From contig JAJRWI010000033.1 of the NCBI GenBank assembly GCA_024276825.1, positions 1 to 64,000 on the forward strand: a DNA stretch of 64,000 bases, in the 5' to 3' direction. Of the stretch, positions 20,999 through 30,349 are shown piece by piece. Position 1 is the first letter of the stretch, and each line of letters begins with the position of its first letter. Both the position numbers and the translations under genes were made by a program. Source of the stretch: an archaeon (GTDB lineage Archaea; Asgardarchaeota; Thorarchaeia; Thorarchaeales; Thorarchaeaceae). The notes beneath the pieces were generated by a model. It was not told where the DNA came from. It searched no databases and saw nothing but the letters and a program-made list of their open reading frames with translations.

Positions 20999-22559
20999 AG
21001 TATTGTTCGCAAGTGGCAAGTATTGTCGAGTCATCAGTCAGTACCCTTGGTTTGGCCTGAAGGTGTGTCTTCTCAATCACCTCTTCAAACAGTGATGACT
21101 TCATGCGGTACAATCGGGTTGGTCCAAGAGCCCCCGTTTCTCTGTTAAATCTGAACTCGAGATTGATCTCACCAAGTGCTCTCTCGAAGTTGCTGACAAA
21201 CTCCAATGGGTCTATCTCTACTCCTCCTTCAAACATCGCTACAATACTGTAATGAGCAACCCCATTTTCCACAACACCAACCACTGTATAATCCTGAATC
21301 CCATACCTTGTCTTTTTACATGCCTCATGGATGGACTTGTTGATGTGTGCCTCAGAAACTTTCTCTCCCGAGAGATTGACGACTCTCCCCTTTCTTGCAA
21401 TGCTTCTGACTGTATATGGGTCCGTTGAAGTGAATGTCATCATATCACCTGTTCGATACCTGACATAGCCATTGAGGTTTGTTATGACCATCTCATAACG
21501 ACACCCCTTCTTGACTTCCGACAGTGGGATGACTGTTGGGTCATCACTGTCAATTTCGGACTGTGGGATAAACTCGTAATAATTGATGTTTGGCATGAGT
21601 TGTATGCCTGGTTCTGGCAGTAATTGCCCACCATAGAAGCCCTCACTGCCTCCGTACATCTCCCAGATAGTCACATTCTGAAAAGTGTCATTAATCCACT
21701 CTCTATATGGGTCTGTATCAACACCAGTTGCAACGAACAGTCGCAAATTAGGCCATAGAATGTTCAAGTCAAGATGTCCCTCATCATCTATCGCTTGCTT
21801 GACTCTTCTACCGGTATCGGTACCAGCAAACTCGCGTGCCAACTCAGGACCATAAAGGCTCTGCATCCTTCTGACTAGGGCAAGGCTTAAAGTGGTTATG
21901 CCCTGTAGGGCAGTGATATTGTTTCTCACAGAGATCTTAGCATACTCCCAGAGCTTTTCTTCCATGTTCATGATATTGAAGACACTCTCCCCAGGAACTA
22001 TCAACCTCTGGAATAGCTTGTTCTGAAACTGCGCATAGACTCCTGTGGCATAACCCACTGGAATTCCATTAATGTGATCAAGCACAGCAGGTGCACCAAA
22101 TGTGACGAGCTTGCCATCGAGAATCCTAATATTCTCAGATTCAGCATTGATGAATCCCATCCATGACAACATAGTGCCTTTGGAAACTTCTTTCAATGAG
22201 GTTCTTGTCAGTGGAAGTCGCTTTGGCTTGCCTGTAGTGCCGCTCGTCTGAAGATACCAGATCACATCATCGGCAGTCAGGACTCCTCCCCTTGGATTTT
22301 CATAGGTCATGTGAAGATATTTCTTAATTGACTGCGAATCAGACAAGGCTACTGAACTGCGAAACTCCTCCTCACCACCTATCTCTCCAAAGCCATGCAC
22401 TCTTCCATAGATGGTGTCTTTGTGTCTATGAAGAATATCAAGTAGTTTCTTCTCCATCAGTTCTATGGGGCGGCTGAGGATATACTCTATCTCGCGGTGC
22501 TTCTTTTTGGCAATAACGCCAACTAGCCTCCTCATTATCGACATCATCATCTGCTCCAT
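20997..22559 (-). CDS. GH3-family acyl-acid amido synthetase (adenylate-forming)
   Basis: TSGTTGKPK, YGGSEG, YYEFIP and YVRYRTGD motifs. Confidence 0.88.
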   Translation of the reverse strand: MEQMMMSIMRRLVGVIAKKKHREIEYILSRPIELMEKKLLDILHRHKDTIYGRVHGFGEIGGEEEFRSSVALSDSQSIKKYLHMTYENPRGGVLTADDVIWYLQTSGTTGKPKRLPLTRTSLKEVSKGTMLSWMGFINAESENIRILDGKLVTFGAPAVLDHINGIPVGYATGVYAQFQNKLFQRLIVPGESVFNIMNMEEKLWEYAKISVRNNITALQGITTLSLALVRRMQSLYGPELAREFAGTDTGRRVKQAIDDEGHLDLNILWPNLRLFVATGVDTDPYREWINDTFQNVTIWEMYGGSEGFYGGQLLPEPGIQLMPNINYYEFIPQSEIDSDDPTVIPLSEVKKGCRYEMVITNLNGYVRYRTGDMMTFTSTDPYTVRSIARKGRVVNLSGEKVSEAHINKSIHEACKKTRYGIQDYTVVGVVENGVAHYSIVAMFEGGVEIDPLEFVSNFERALGEINLEFRFNRETGALGPTRLYRMKSSLFEEVIEKTHLQAKPRVLTDDSTILATCEQY

Positions 22560-22878
22560 ATGGCCTATTCAAACCATCAGTATGAATAATGAACAATGAA
22601 AATAACCAAAATTCGCAATTGACTCTTCAAACAATGAGCTACAGAATTATCAGTAATCAATACCATTAAACTGTTAGTGGCGAAAAAAGGCTCAATAATT
22701 GGTAAAAAGTGAATTTATCAAAAAATAGTTTTCCCATCCCATTCATGTGGGAATAAATACTACTATGGATTCTCCGTCCATGACCATCAACTAGATCCCA
22801 CATAGATTACCATCAAAAGATTAAGTAGTGAGCGTGCGTCTAACAGCGCCAATGATTGTTATTTGAGGAGAGGATTTC

Positions 22879-25800
22879 TTGTCGGAAGAGTTCAATATTC
22901 TGGGAAAAGTTGCATCGCTGAATGAGAACGAGTCAATGATATATTCGCTGATGCTGGCAGATGGAAACATTACCAAGGGCGACCTCATCATTCTCAGTGG
23001 TCTCTCAGAAGAAGAGGTCGATGAGATTCTCACAAAACTGGAAAACGAGCGACTGATAGTGAGACATACTGGTGTCATCACTCGATTTCATGCAGTACCG
23101 CCATTTCATGGCATAGCTGAAGAGGTGGAGAATATCGGGGAGAGAATTCAGTCCTTACGTGATGAGATACGCCAACAGATATCCAATATATCATCAACGA
23201 TTCGCAATCATGTACTGGAAGTGTCTAATTCTGCCATCATTACTGCAAAGGACAATGAAACCAAGTACGAATCACATAAGAATCAGGCCCTCGACCAAAT
23301 CCGGTCTTTAATAGGTGCTAGTATGAGCAGACTATCGGATACAGAATCATCATCAGAGGGTCTGCTCGAGTCTGATTTTGCTGAATGGAAGAACGCCATG
23401 TCTGGAGAGATTGATCCTAATGTGTCAGAGATTAAAAACAGCATAATCTCTGTTAGTTCTACATTAAAGTCGCAGATGAAATCGTGGTCTGGTTCTGCAA
23501 GGATGTCAATTAAGGCTCTAGATCAAAATGCGAGTACCACTCTGAACCAGTTTAAGACCCTTGTTTCAAGCGAGATTGAGAAACAAAAGCAGTCAAGCGA
23601 GGGGTCTATCGAGCAGAAGGGGCGCGAACTGCAGGAGGGGGTCCAAACCACACTCAATGATTTTAATGACCGCATGAATGTTCTAAAGGGCGAGATCACC
23701 TCCACGAGTTCCTCGCTTCGTGAACAAATAGTCACATCACTGAATGGAATCGATGGGTCAATTACTACCACACTTGAACAAAAATCAGATGAACTGACTT
23801 CAATGTTAAACTCACTGAAGAACGAGACCCAAAGTGCAATAGCGGAATTTCAAGATATCGAAACATCTGCACATGATGCTCATAAGGCATCATTACATGA
23901 TACAGTCGGGTCATTCAAATCGAGCATCACGGATGACTTAGAGGCACTTGATAGACTGTCATCAGAGGCACTAGAATCGTTTGTTCAGGACACGGACACT
24001 ACTTTCTCTTCAATTGATGATCAGCTGAATGGACTGCTGAAGCAAGTCGACAGCCACATTCAGGTAGTTTCTGAGAGGATGTTTCAGCTTAACAAGGACA
24101 CCATGACAGCATTCCATCAGAGAGCGGTGTTGGGATTCAATGATATGGCGAGAAACATCTCCTCTGCCCTATCTGAAACCCATGCATCATTCAGCGAGAA
24201 CATCAAGTCCACAGGAGCCCAACTCACTAAGATGAATGTCTCATTACTTGAGAGTTCAGTGATCCATGTCAACAAGACCAAGGAGGCTCTCATTAACGAG
24301 ATTCATGCCTTAAGTGAGAATATGCGTGCGCGCGTCAATGATGTGGTTTCAACGGCAATAGCAGAACTCCAGAAACTGTCTGATGACCTCCAAGAGTCCA
24401 TTGCATCGCTGACCTCCTCTGCCTCATCATCAATTGCTATGCAGGCTGAATCCAGAATCTCTGAACTCCAAGAACACCATGACTTATTGCAACCGAAGAT
24501 TGATGACTTTATCAATCAGGAGGTTTCAAACCATGAACGTGTCCTCGCAAATCTGAATGATATGATAAGTGACTCTGGTCAAAGACTTGATGATGACCTC
24601 AGTGGCATCAGGGAACAAAACCTTGCAATTCTGCAGTCTGCACTTGAGAATGCCAAGGAAACTGGAATCCTGACGATTGCCCAACTGAGGGATGAGAGCA
24701 AGGAAATACTGGACGCGTTAAAGACATCTTATACTGGAATCACATCAGATATTCGAACCAGCCTAAAGTCTACCATATCTGCTGCAAATAATGAGCTCGT
24801 GAGTGCAACGGAACAGATGACTGCGGGAATCACTGAACATGTGTCCACACGAATAGAGCATATGCGGGAGGCCACCGAGCAGCTGAACAGCAGACTGTCA
24901 AAGAGTTTCGAACAGGCACAACAGTCAATCGCAAGCACTATTCGTGACACAGTTTCGCAGTCATCAACAGCTCTCTCCAGTGCAACCGAGCAGGCATCAG
25001 CACAGCTTGAAGAGATGAACACAGCCAGTATATCGGCCATTGACCTTGTGATGGAATCTATGGCGAACTCTGCCACCTCATTTCAATCGGGACTGAATAA
25101 TGTCCTTGACAATGTCAAGCAATCACTGGCATCGCTATTGGATGAGATATCATCAGTGTCCATTGACTCAGCCAATGATGTCCTCAGTCAGACCAACTCC
25201 ATAATTAGTAGTCTTGATGTCGAGCTTGACAATCTTCAGACATCCGCCGAAACTGGAATAGACTCCCTTGTGGCCGACTCGAAACAGGGGATTGACGATG
25301 CTGCTCAAAGGCTAAAAGAATCCACAGCGGCAATAGCTGAACAGTTTAAGACATCATCTGCCAAAGCCCTACAGAAATCGACTGAGCGATTGAAATCCGA
25401 GCTTGATGGGTTAAAGGATGAGCTTGAGATCAGCTTTGAAGCCTCATTCAACCAATTCATTGAAATCACCTCAAGCTTTAGGAATGAGATCAAGAAAATA
25501 GCCAGCGAAGTAGAAAAGGGTGAGATGCTGGAAACCTCGCAAGAGCTCCTTGAGAAGGCATTCCCAAGTTCCGAGAGCATAGCTGATACTGGTACCGAAG
25601 TTGTCAAAATGCTGGCCTCAGTCTGGTCAAAGATTGGTGCCACAAACTTCCCTGGTGCAAAGAAAACTTGGACAATCACATCTAGAGAGGTCGTTCTGGC
25701 ACACATCAAAGACATGATCGGGCGTGCCAAGTCAAAGGCCACACTGATATTCCCATTCATTCATGATGTCCCTGTTGAGATGCTTAGTCAGCTCAAGACA

Positions 25801-26082
25801 ACAACGGGTGTCGAGGTAGTAGTCACAGATGAGCCTGGTCTCAATGACAGACTCAGCTCCATCATTGGCAAGGGGAACATCCGTGTCAGGGTACGTAGCG
25901 GCAGGGATGTGTATGCATGTGTTAGGGATTCCGAAGAGGTTCTTCTAGCCCCTGCCACCGATAGGGACGAGGATGTGGTTGGTGTCCTGACTGTCGATGA
26001 TGGGTTCGTCAAATTCATCATGGGCATCATTGGACCGATATTTCAAGCAAAGACAAAGCTCCTGAGGCCAGAGGACCTATGA
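22879..26082 (+). CDS. TrmB-like wHTH + very long helical/coiled-coil insert + TrmB/PLD-like C-terminal domain
   Basis: N-terminal wHTH ending FHAVPP; about 800 aa of Pro-poor amphipathic helix; C-terminal AHIKDMIGRAKS...VRDSEEVLLAP. Confidence 0.7.
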   Translation: MSEEFNILGKVASLNENESMIYSLMLADGNITKGDLIILSGLSEEEVDEILTKLENERLIVRHTGVITRFHAVPPFHGIAEEVENIGERIQSLRDEIRQQISNISSTIRNHVLEVSNSAIITAKDNETKYESHKNQALDQIRSLIGASMSRLSDTESSSEGLLESDFAEWKNAMSGEIDPNVSEIKNSIISVSSTLKSQMKSWSGSARMSIKALDQNASTTLNQFKTLVSSEIEKQKQSSEGSIEQKGRELQEGVQTTLNDFNDRMNVLKGEITSTSSSLREQIVTSLNGIDGSITTTLEQKSDELTSMLNSLKNETQSAIAEFQDIETSAHDAHKASLHDTVGSFKSSITDDLEALDRLSSEALESFVQDTDTTFSSIDDQLNGLLKQVDSHIQVVSERMFQLNKDTMTAFHQRAVLGFNDMARNISSALSETHASFSENIKSTGAQLTKMNVSLLESSVIHVNKTKEALINEIHALSENMRARVNDVVSTAIAELQKLSDDLQESIASLTSSASSSIAMQAESRISELQEHHDLLQPKIDDFINQEVSNHERVLANLNDMISDSGQRLDDDLSGIREQNLAILQSALENAKETGILTIAQLRDESKEILDALKTSYTGITSDIRTSLKSTISAANNELVSATEQMTAGITEHVSTRIEHMREATEQLNSRLSKSFEQAQQSIASTIRDTVSQSSTALSSATEQASAQLEEMNTASISAIDLVMESMANSATSFQSGLNNVLDNVKQSLASLLDEISSVSIDSANDVLSQTNSIISSLDVELDNLQTSAETGIDSLVADSKQGIDDAAQRLKESTAAIAEQFKTSSAKALQKSTERLKSELDGLKDELEISFEASFNQFIEITSSFRNEIKKIASEVEKGEMLETSQELLEKAFPSSESIADTGTEVVKMLASVWSKIGATNFPGAKKTWTITSREVVLAHIKDMIGRAKSKATLIFPFIHDVPVEMLSQLKTTTGVEVVVTDEPGLNDRLSSIIGKGNIRVRVRSGRDVYACVRDSEEVLLAPATDRDEDVVGVLTVDDGFVKFIMGIIGPIFQAKTKLLRPEDL

Positions 26083-26251
26083 AACATAGAGGTGCATAAC
26101 GCACCTCCACCTCTTTCCAATCTTGACTTCAGATGCAAATCAGGTCACATGCAATCTAGCAATCTGAATGCTGGTTTATTCAAGGGCTCTTGAGCACAAT
26201 GAAAAATCAGATGATGGCCATTATTGGCCATCAGATCACACTCAAATAACA

Positions 26252-27004
26252 TCAGCTCTTTTTCAAAATATCACGGATCTCTTTGAGGACCGACAACATC
26301 TCATACTCCACATCGCCTTTGCCTTCTGGTTGACTCTCTCGGGGAGTCACTACCTCGGTACCAACCACATATGGGTCTCTGAACTTTCGGAGCTCACGGA
26401 GTATGAAGTCTCGCACTGACTCAAAAATACAAATCCCCTCCAGCTTCTCCTCGGGTTTGGCCCCAGCCTGAGTACCTCCTGAATACCCGGCGGTCTGGAT
26501 CTCAACACTGCCTATTCCAAAGAGCCTGTCCAGTGGTCCTGCCTTGCTTGAGATGTTGGTGATAGTCCTGAATGGGACATGCTTTTCAGTGACCGTGACA
26601 ATCCCCTTTCTCACGTAGATCTCATGCATTGTTTCACCAGTTTCTGCAATCACCGAATATCTGATAGATCGCACATAGACTGCCCAGAGGATGAATCCTG
26701 GAATAAGCCAGATGATGTTGACAGCCCAATAGACCATGTTTATAATAGGCCACCACGAGTTAAAATACTCCCAGAACTGAGCAACTGTCAGCATCTCATC
26801 AAGTACTATTACCATATAGGCGATTCCCAGCCATGCAAGCATCAAGAGCGCCCATATAATGAACAGTACCAAGATAGCAGTCAACCAACCCTTGTATATG
26901 AACGCTGTATCTGGTCTGAACATCTTTCCACTTGATATGGTTTCCATTGGAGGTTTGATCACTTTCCCTTCAATCTCTTTTCCCATTTCCCTTCTACTTC
27001 CCAT
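26252..27004 (-). CDS. Membrane protein with bacterial PH (bPH_2) domain
   Basis: Two TMs, then VPFRTITNI...GPLDRLFGIGSVEIQTAG. Confidence 0.85.
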   Translation of the reverse strand: MGSRREMGKEIEGKVIKPPMETISSGKMFRPDTAFIYKGWLTAILVLFIIWALLMLAWLGIAYMVIVLDEMLTVAQFWEYFNSWWPIINMVYWAVNIIWLIPGFILWAVYVRSIRYSVIAETGETMHEIYVRKGIVTVTEKHVPFRTITNISSKAGPLDRLFGIGSVEIQTAGYSGGTQAGAKPEEKLEGICIFESVRDFILRELRKFRDPYVVGTEVVTPRESQPEGKGDVEYEMLSVLKEIRDILKKS

Positions 27005-27622
27005 CTAACTCTCACTTCTCTTATATCGAAGAATCTCCTTCTCGGTGAGTCTCTCAAAGATTGCAGTGGACCGCTCTGTCATTTGCAGGTCTAACTCGTC
27101 TGGTCGAAGTGTGATGTTGTATTCCTTAACAATCGTATCGAGAATCTCCCTGCACTCTCCCTCTTTAGGACATTCTGGACAAAGACGCCCTGCATATGAG
27201 TCATGCTTATACCAGACAATCACACCTAGTTTAAGAGTGAACACCATGTACACCTTCGCATTGGCTTGATAGTCAAAGCTCACAAGAAGCCCATTATAGT
27301 CCTGAACCCTGACCTCATCAAGTCTGTGTGTCCTGGCCAATCTCTTCAGTGCCTTGACAATCTTCTCTCGTGCCCTGTTCAGCACTCTCGAAACATATGG
27401 TGTGTCTTTGAACACCAACTTGTCTTTGAATCGCTCCTTGATCTCTTTGACTCGTATTTCATAATCCAAGTCACCCTCCTCATACTTTTTCCTAATGAGG
27501 TGTTTGACAAGATTCTCAGGGGGCTTTCTACCTCTCTCATACTTCGACGCAATCTCAGTTGTGGGCAGTCCTTGATGGAACTCCCACCAGACCACTGCTT
27601 CGTGTGTTGAGAGAATCTCCAT
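27005..27622 (-). CDS. Hypothetical protein, putative DNA-binding with a Cys cluster
   Basis: Abuts the bPH gene; sigma-region-4-like VSRVLNRAREKI; CPECPKEGEC. Start taken at MEILST. Confidence 0.6.
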   Translation of the reverse strand: MEILSTHEAVVWWEFHQGLPTTEIASKYERGRKPPENLVKHLIRKKYEEGDLDYEIRVKEIKERFKDKLVFKDTPYVSRVLNRAREKIVKALKRLARTHRLDEVRVQDYNGLLVSFDYQANAKVYMVFTLKLGVIVWYKHDSYAGRLCPECPKEGECREILDTIVKEYNITLRPDELDLQMTERSTAIFERLTEKEILRYKRSES

Positions 27623-27731
27623 TTTCAGTTCCTCGATATACCTTAGGCATTTTTTGCCTAACATGTGACTAGATAACTTTACATATAAATATTATGAATA
27701 TTTACCAAAATATTGAAAACATTTACGGATA

Positions 27732-27950
27732 ATGCTTATGACAAGAAAGAATGTTGTGACTAGAACTGACAATCTTTGCAAGAACTTCAGGGAGATTCAA
27801 ACGGTTAGAGATCTGAATTTGAGAGTATATCTTGGCAGTAGATTCGGATTATTGTGCCGAAATGGTGTGGGAAAGATTATGATTGAAGTATGTCATCTTC
27901 TCTTTGGCACTATAATCCATCTAACTTCCCCATATACGGTAAAGTTCTGA
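27732..27950 (+). pseudogene. Truncated ABC-transporter ATPase N-terminus
   Basis: NLCKNF..VRDLNL..FGLLCRNGVGK is a degraded Walker A (GxNGAGKT); sequence decays immediately after. Confidence 0.65.
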
Positions 27951-27984
27951 AGGCAGAAAACTGGTCAGACTTGTCATGTCAGTC

Positions 27985-28208
27985 AGAAGTGGAATAATGG
28001 CAGAGAATCTTGGAGTTTTCACATCTACACTCAGACGTTGGGAACAACACAGGGGGAAGGAGGCCAGGTCCCTGTTCATGAGGACAAAGCCCCTGCGAAC
28101 ACCAATGTTGTGGTGGGTGGCAACACCTGCAGGGGAATGGCCGAACGCATGAGTCCTGTTCAGACGAGTTCACCATTGCGCGACAAGTCTGAACAAGATT
28201 AGGTTGTC
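27985..28208 (+). ncRNA. Stand-alone TnpB omega-RNA-like structured element, copy A
   Basis: Core 28056-28208 is about 90% identical (manual alignment) to 59157-59306 and similar to the tnpB 3' region 46912-47070. Stems CCCCTGC/GCAGGGG, CACCA/TGGTG and GGTG-GCAA-CACC. Confidence 0.7.
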
Positions 28209-28632
28209 AGGAGTTTTAGCTTGGATTCTTGTGCTATTGATGACAGCAACTACAGCTACAAGTAACAATCAGTGATTTTATTGATGAATTTCCGAAGGTC
28301 AGCAATTCTCATATCGGATGACAAGTAATATTGTTATCAATGACACTACCACTACAAAATTAGTCACATGTTACGTAGTGATCGAATCGGTACCAAAACT
28401 GCCCGATGACCTTCAGTTTCCAAATGACCTCCCCAATCTGCCAGTGGCGCATTCCGAGTATTATGCAAATGGCATAGAAATCGGTCAACGCCAGTACCTA
28501 CTGGAGTCTTATTTAACGTGCATAATAATTGCACCTCTACGGATTTATCAGACTGTTATGAGTTGCAACTTAGGAAGACTCCACATTATTTCCAAGAATT
28601 GAGTAGATTCATGCTTGATCAGTAATGCCGCA

Positions 28633-29748
28633 TCAGTCAATCCCGATGTGCTTTAAGGGTTTGTTCAATGTGAAGTCCTCATCAGCTCTCCATGATCGAG
28701 TTGCTTCGTCAAATGTTTCTGCCCAAAGGCCATATCGCTGGGAGTACTTGTAGTCAATGGTCAATAGTTCAAAACTCTCACATATCTTCCAGACTAGTGT
28801 GATCATCTCGGACATGTGTGCCGACGGCATCCTTGCAGACCACACGAACCCAGTGGAGATTTCTCTGATACTTGAGGCGAATGGAAAGTCGCCCTCTCCC
28901 AGTTTGGCTATGAGCCTCTGTGTGACTTCAGGAGGGGCCTTTGCGATTATCATCGAGGTGCTATAGACGTCGAAATGTGTCCAGTTAATGAATACCGTGT
29001 AGGTCTCAATTATCTCCTGAAGACGCTTCAACCTCTTCGAGAACATCTGAGGGACTCCGCGTTCATTCTTGTCAAGGCCAATTTTGTCCATTATCTCAGT
29101 GTTCTTGCGACGTGCATCCATTGTGATCTCTTCAAGGATCTTAGCATCAAGCCCGTCAATATCTATGACATCCTGAGGTTTATCATAAACAGTTTCACCA
29201 TTGAATCTGACATGGCTTGGAGGAGTATTCCACCATCTGTCCCAGTCGAAGTTCCATGTGAGCCTTTCAGAGTCCCAGGCCTCTGGTTTGGGGTGGGTAT
29301 AGGTGGAGCAATAGCCAGGCAGAAGTGTGGGCAGTTCCCTCACACGTTCGACTAGTCCGTGTTCTTTAAGTTTCTTAAAGGCCCGCTCAAGATGTTTCTG
29401 TGTTTCGGGGGGCTGTCTGAACTGAAGAAGTAGTCCGTGCGTACTGCCCCCATATACTCTAGCCCTGTAGAGTGTGTAAGGATGTTCCTCACAGAATTGC
29501 TCTATTCTGACAAGGTCGTCATGGGACCCTGTTTCGACTAGAAAGTCATAGACCTGCAGGCCCAGTCTGATGGGATTGAGTATTGCTTGCACCCCGACAT
29601 AGACCCGCTCTTTCTTCAGGCTGTCTAGCCATGCCTTTGCAGTAGGGGGTGATACTCCAATCTCTTCTGCCAGTCTGGCAGCTGGGGCCATAGGCATCTC
29701 TTGAAGCTTGAATAAGAGATGGAATTTCTGTCTGTTCACTCGATGCAT
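28633..29748 (-). CDS. Double Lrp/AsnC-like wHTH transcription regulator
   Basis: HTH AARLAEEIGVSPPTAKAWL and a second DGLDAKILEEITMDARRKNTEI. Start set at MHRVN to avoid overlapping the upstream gene. Confidence 0.75.
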   Translation of the reverse strand: MHRVNRQKFHLLFKLQEMPMAPAARLAEEIGVSPPTAKAWLDSLKKERVYVGVQAILNPIRLGLQVYDFLVETGSHDDLVRIEQFCEEHPYTLYRARVYGGSTHGLLLQFRQPPETQKHLERAFKKLKEHGLVERVRELPTLLPGYCSTYTHPKPEAWDSERLTWNFDWDRWWNTPPSHVRFNGETVYDKPQDVIDIDGLDAKILEEITMDARRKNTEIMDKIGLDKNERGVPQMFSKRLKRLQEIIETYTVFINWTHFDVYSTSMIIAKAPPEVTQRLIAKLGEGDFPFASSIREISTGFVWSARMPSAHMSEMITLVWKICESFELLTIDYKYSQRYGLWAETFDEATRSWRADEDFTLNKPLKHIGID

Positions 29749-29758
29749 ACCCTCTGTT

Positions 29759-30229
29759 TTAGAAGTAGGCCACAATATCTGGAAGACCCGGCCCTGCTCC
29801 TGTGGGAGGGTCGAATTCCAGATAATCAGTCGTGTATAGTTTTCCAGTGCCAGATCCATAGAGAAATGCAACCATACTGACAGTGTATATTCCACTCTCA
29901 GTTGCCATATTAATGCAATCAAGGTTCAGGGCAGATGTAGGGCACCCATAGATTATCACCTTGAAGGAGTATCCGTTACCCGAGGGTAGCACGAGGTCAA
30001 AATACAGTTCTATCCGTGATGGCTGGATATCATCAAGCTGAAACGCGACAAGAATCTTGATGTCGTCCTCAATCTGATCAGAGTCAAGATCCCCATAGTA
30101 TGCATCTTGTATTGCTATAGACCCAAGTACCAAGGACCTTGTCTGTGCTCTCACTGTGGGAATGGCCATGATACCAACCAAGATGACACAGAGAAGCATC
30201 AACAATCCGCGTGTTCTTACATATCTCAT
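29759..30229 (-). CDS. Secreted hypothetical protein
   Basis: Signal peptide MRYVRTRGLLMLLCVILVG...VRA; DLDSDQIEDD Ca-binding-like loop. Confidence 0.6.
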   Translation of the reverse strand: MRYVRTRGLLMLLCVILVGIMAIPTVRAQTRSLVLGSIAIQDAYYGDLDSDQIEDDIKILVAFQLDDIQPSRIELYFDLVLPSGNGYSFKVIIYGCPTSALNLDCINMATESGIYTVSMVAFLYGSGTGKLYTTDYLEFDPPTGAGPGLPDIVAYF

Positions 30230-30349
30230 TGGTTCATCGCACATTAGGATTACAAAGCCACTTATAAGTGTGGTTTTGCGGATAATTTTAAGAATATTTA
30301 TAAAGCAGTTTTTGTTTATCGCACATACCATTTCGTTGAGGTATCAACC

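Noticed and set aside
26212-26231. Palindrome GATGGCCA-TTAT-TGGCCATC and a hairpin at about 26089-26107
   Set aside because: They lie between convergent genes and are adequately explained as terminator-like hairpins.
27979-28176. Similar Cys-rich minus-strand ORFs at 27979-28176 and 58948-59334
   Set aside because: They are antisense translations of the repeated RNA element; GNRA loops and tnpB orientation support a plus-strand RNA.
28318-28602. 94-aa ORF downstream of scaffold copy A
   Set aside because: No recognisable motif; cannot be supported as a gene.
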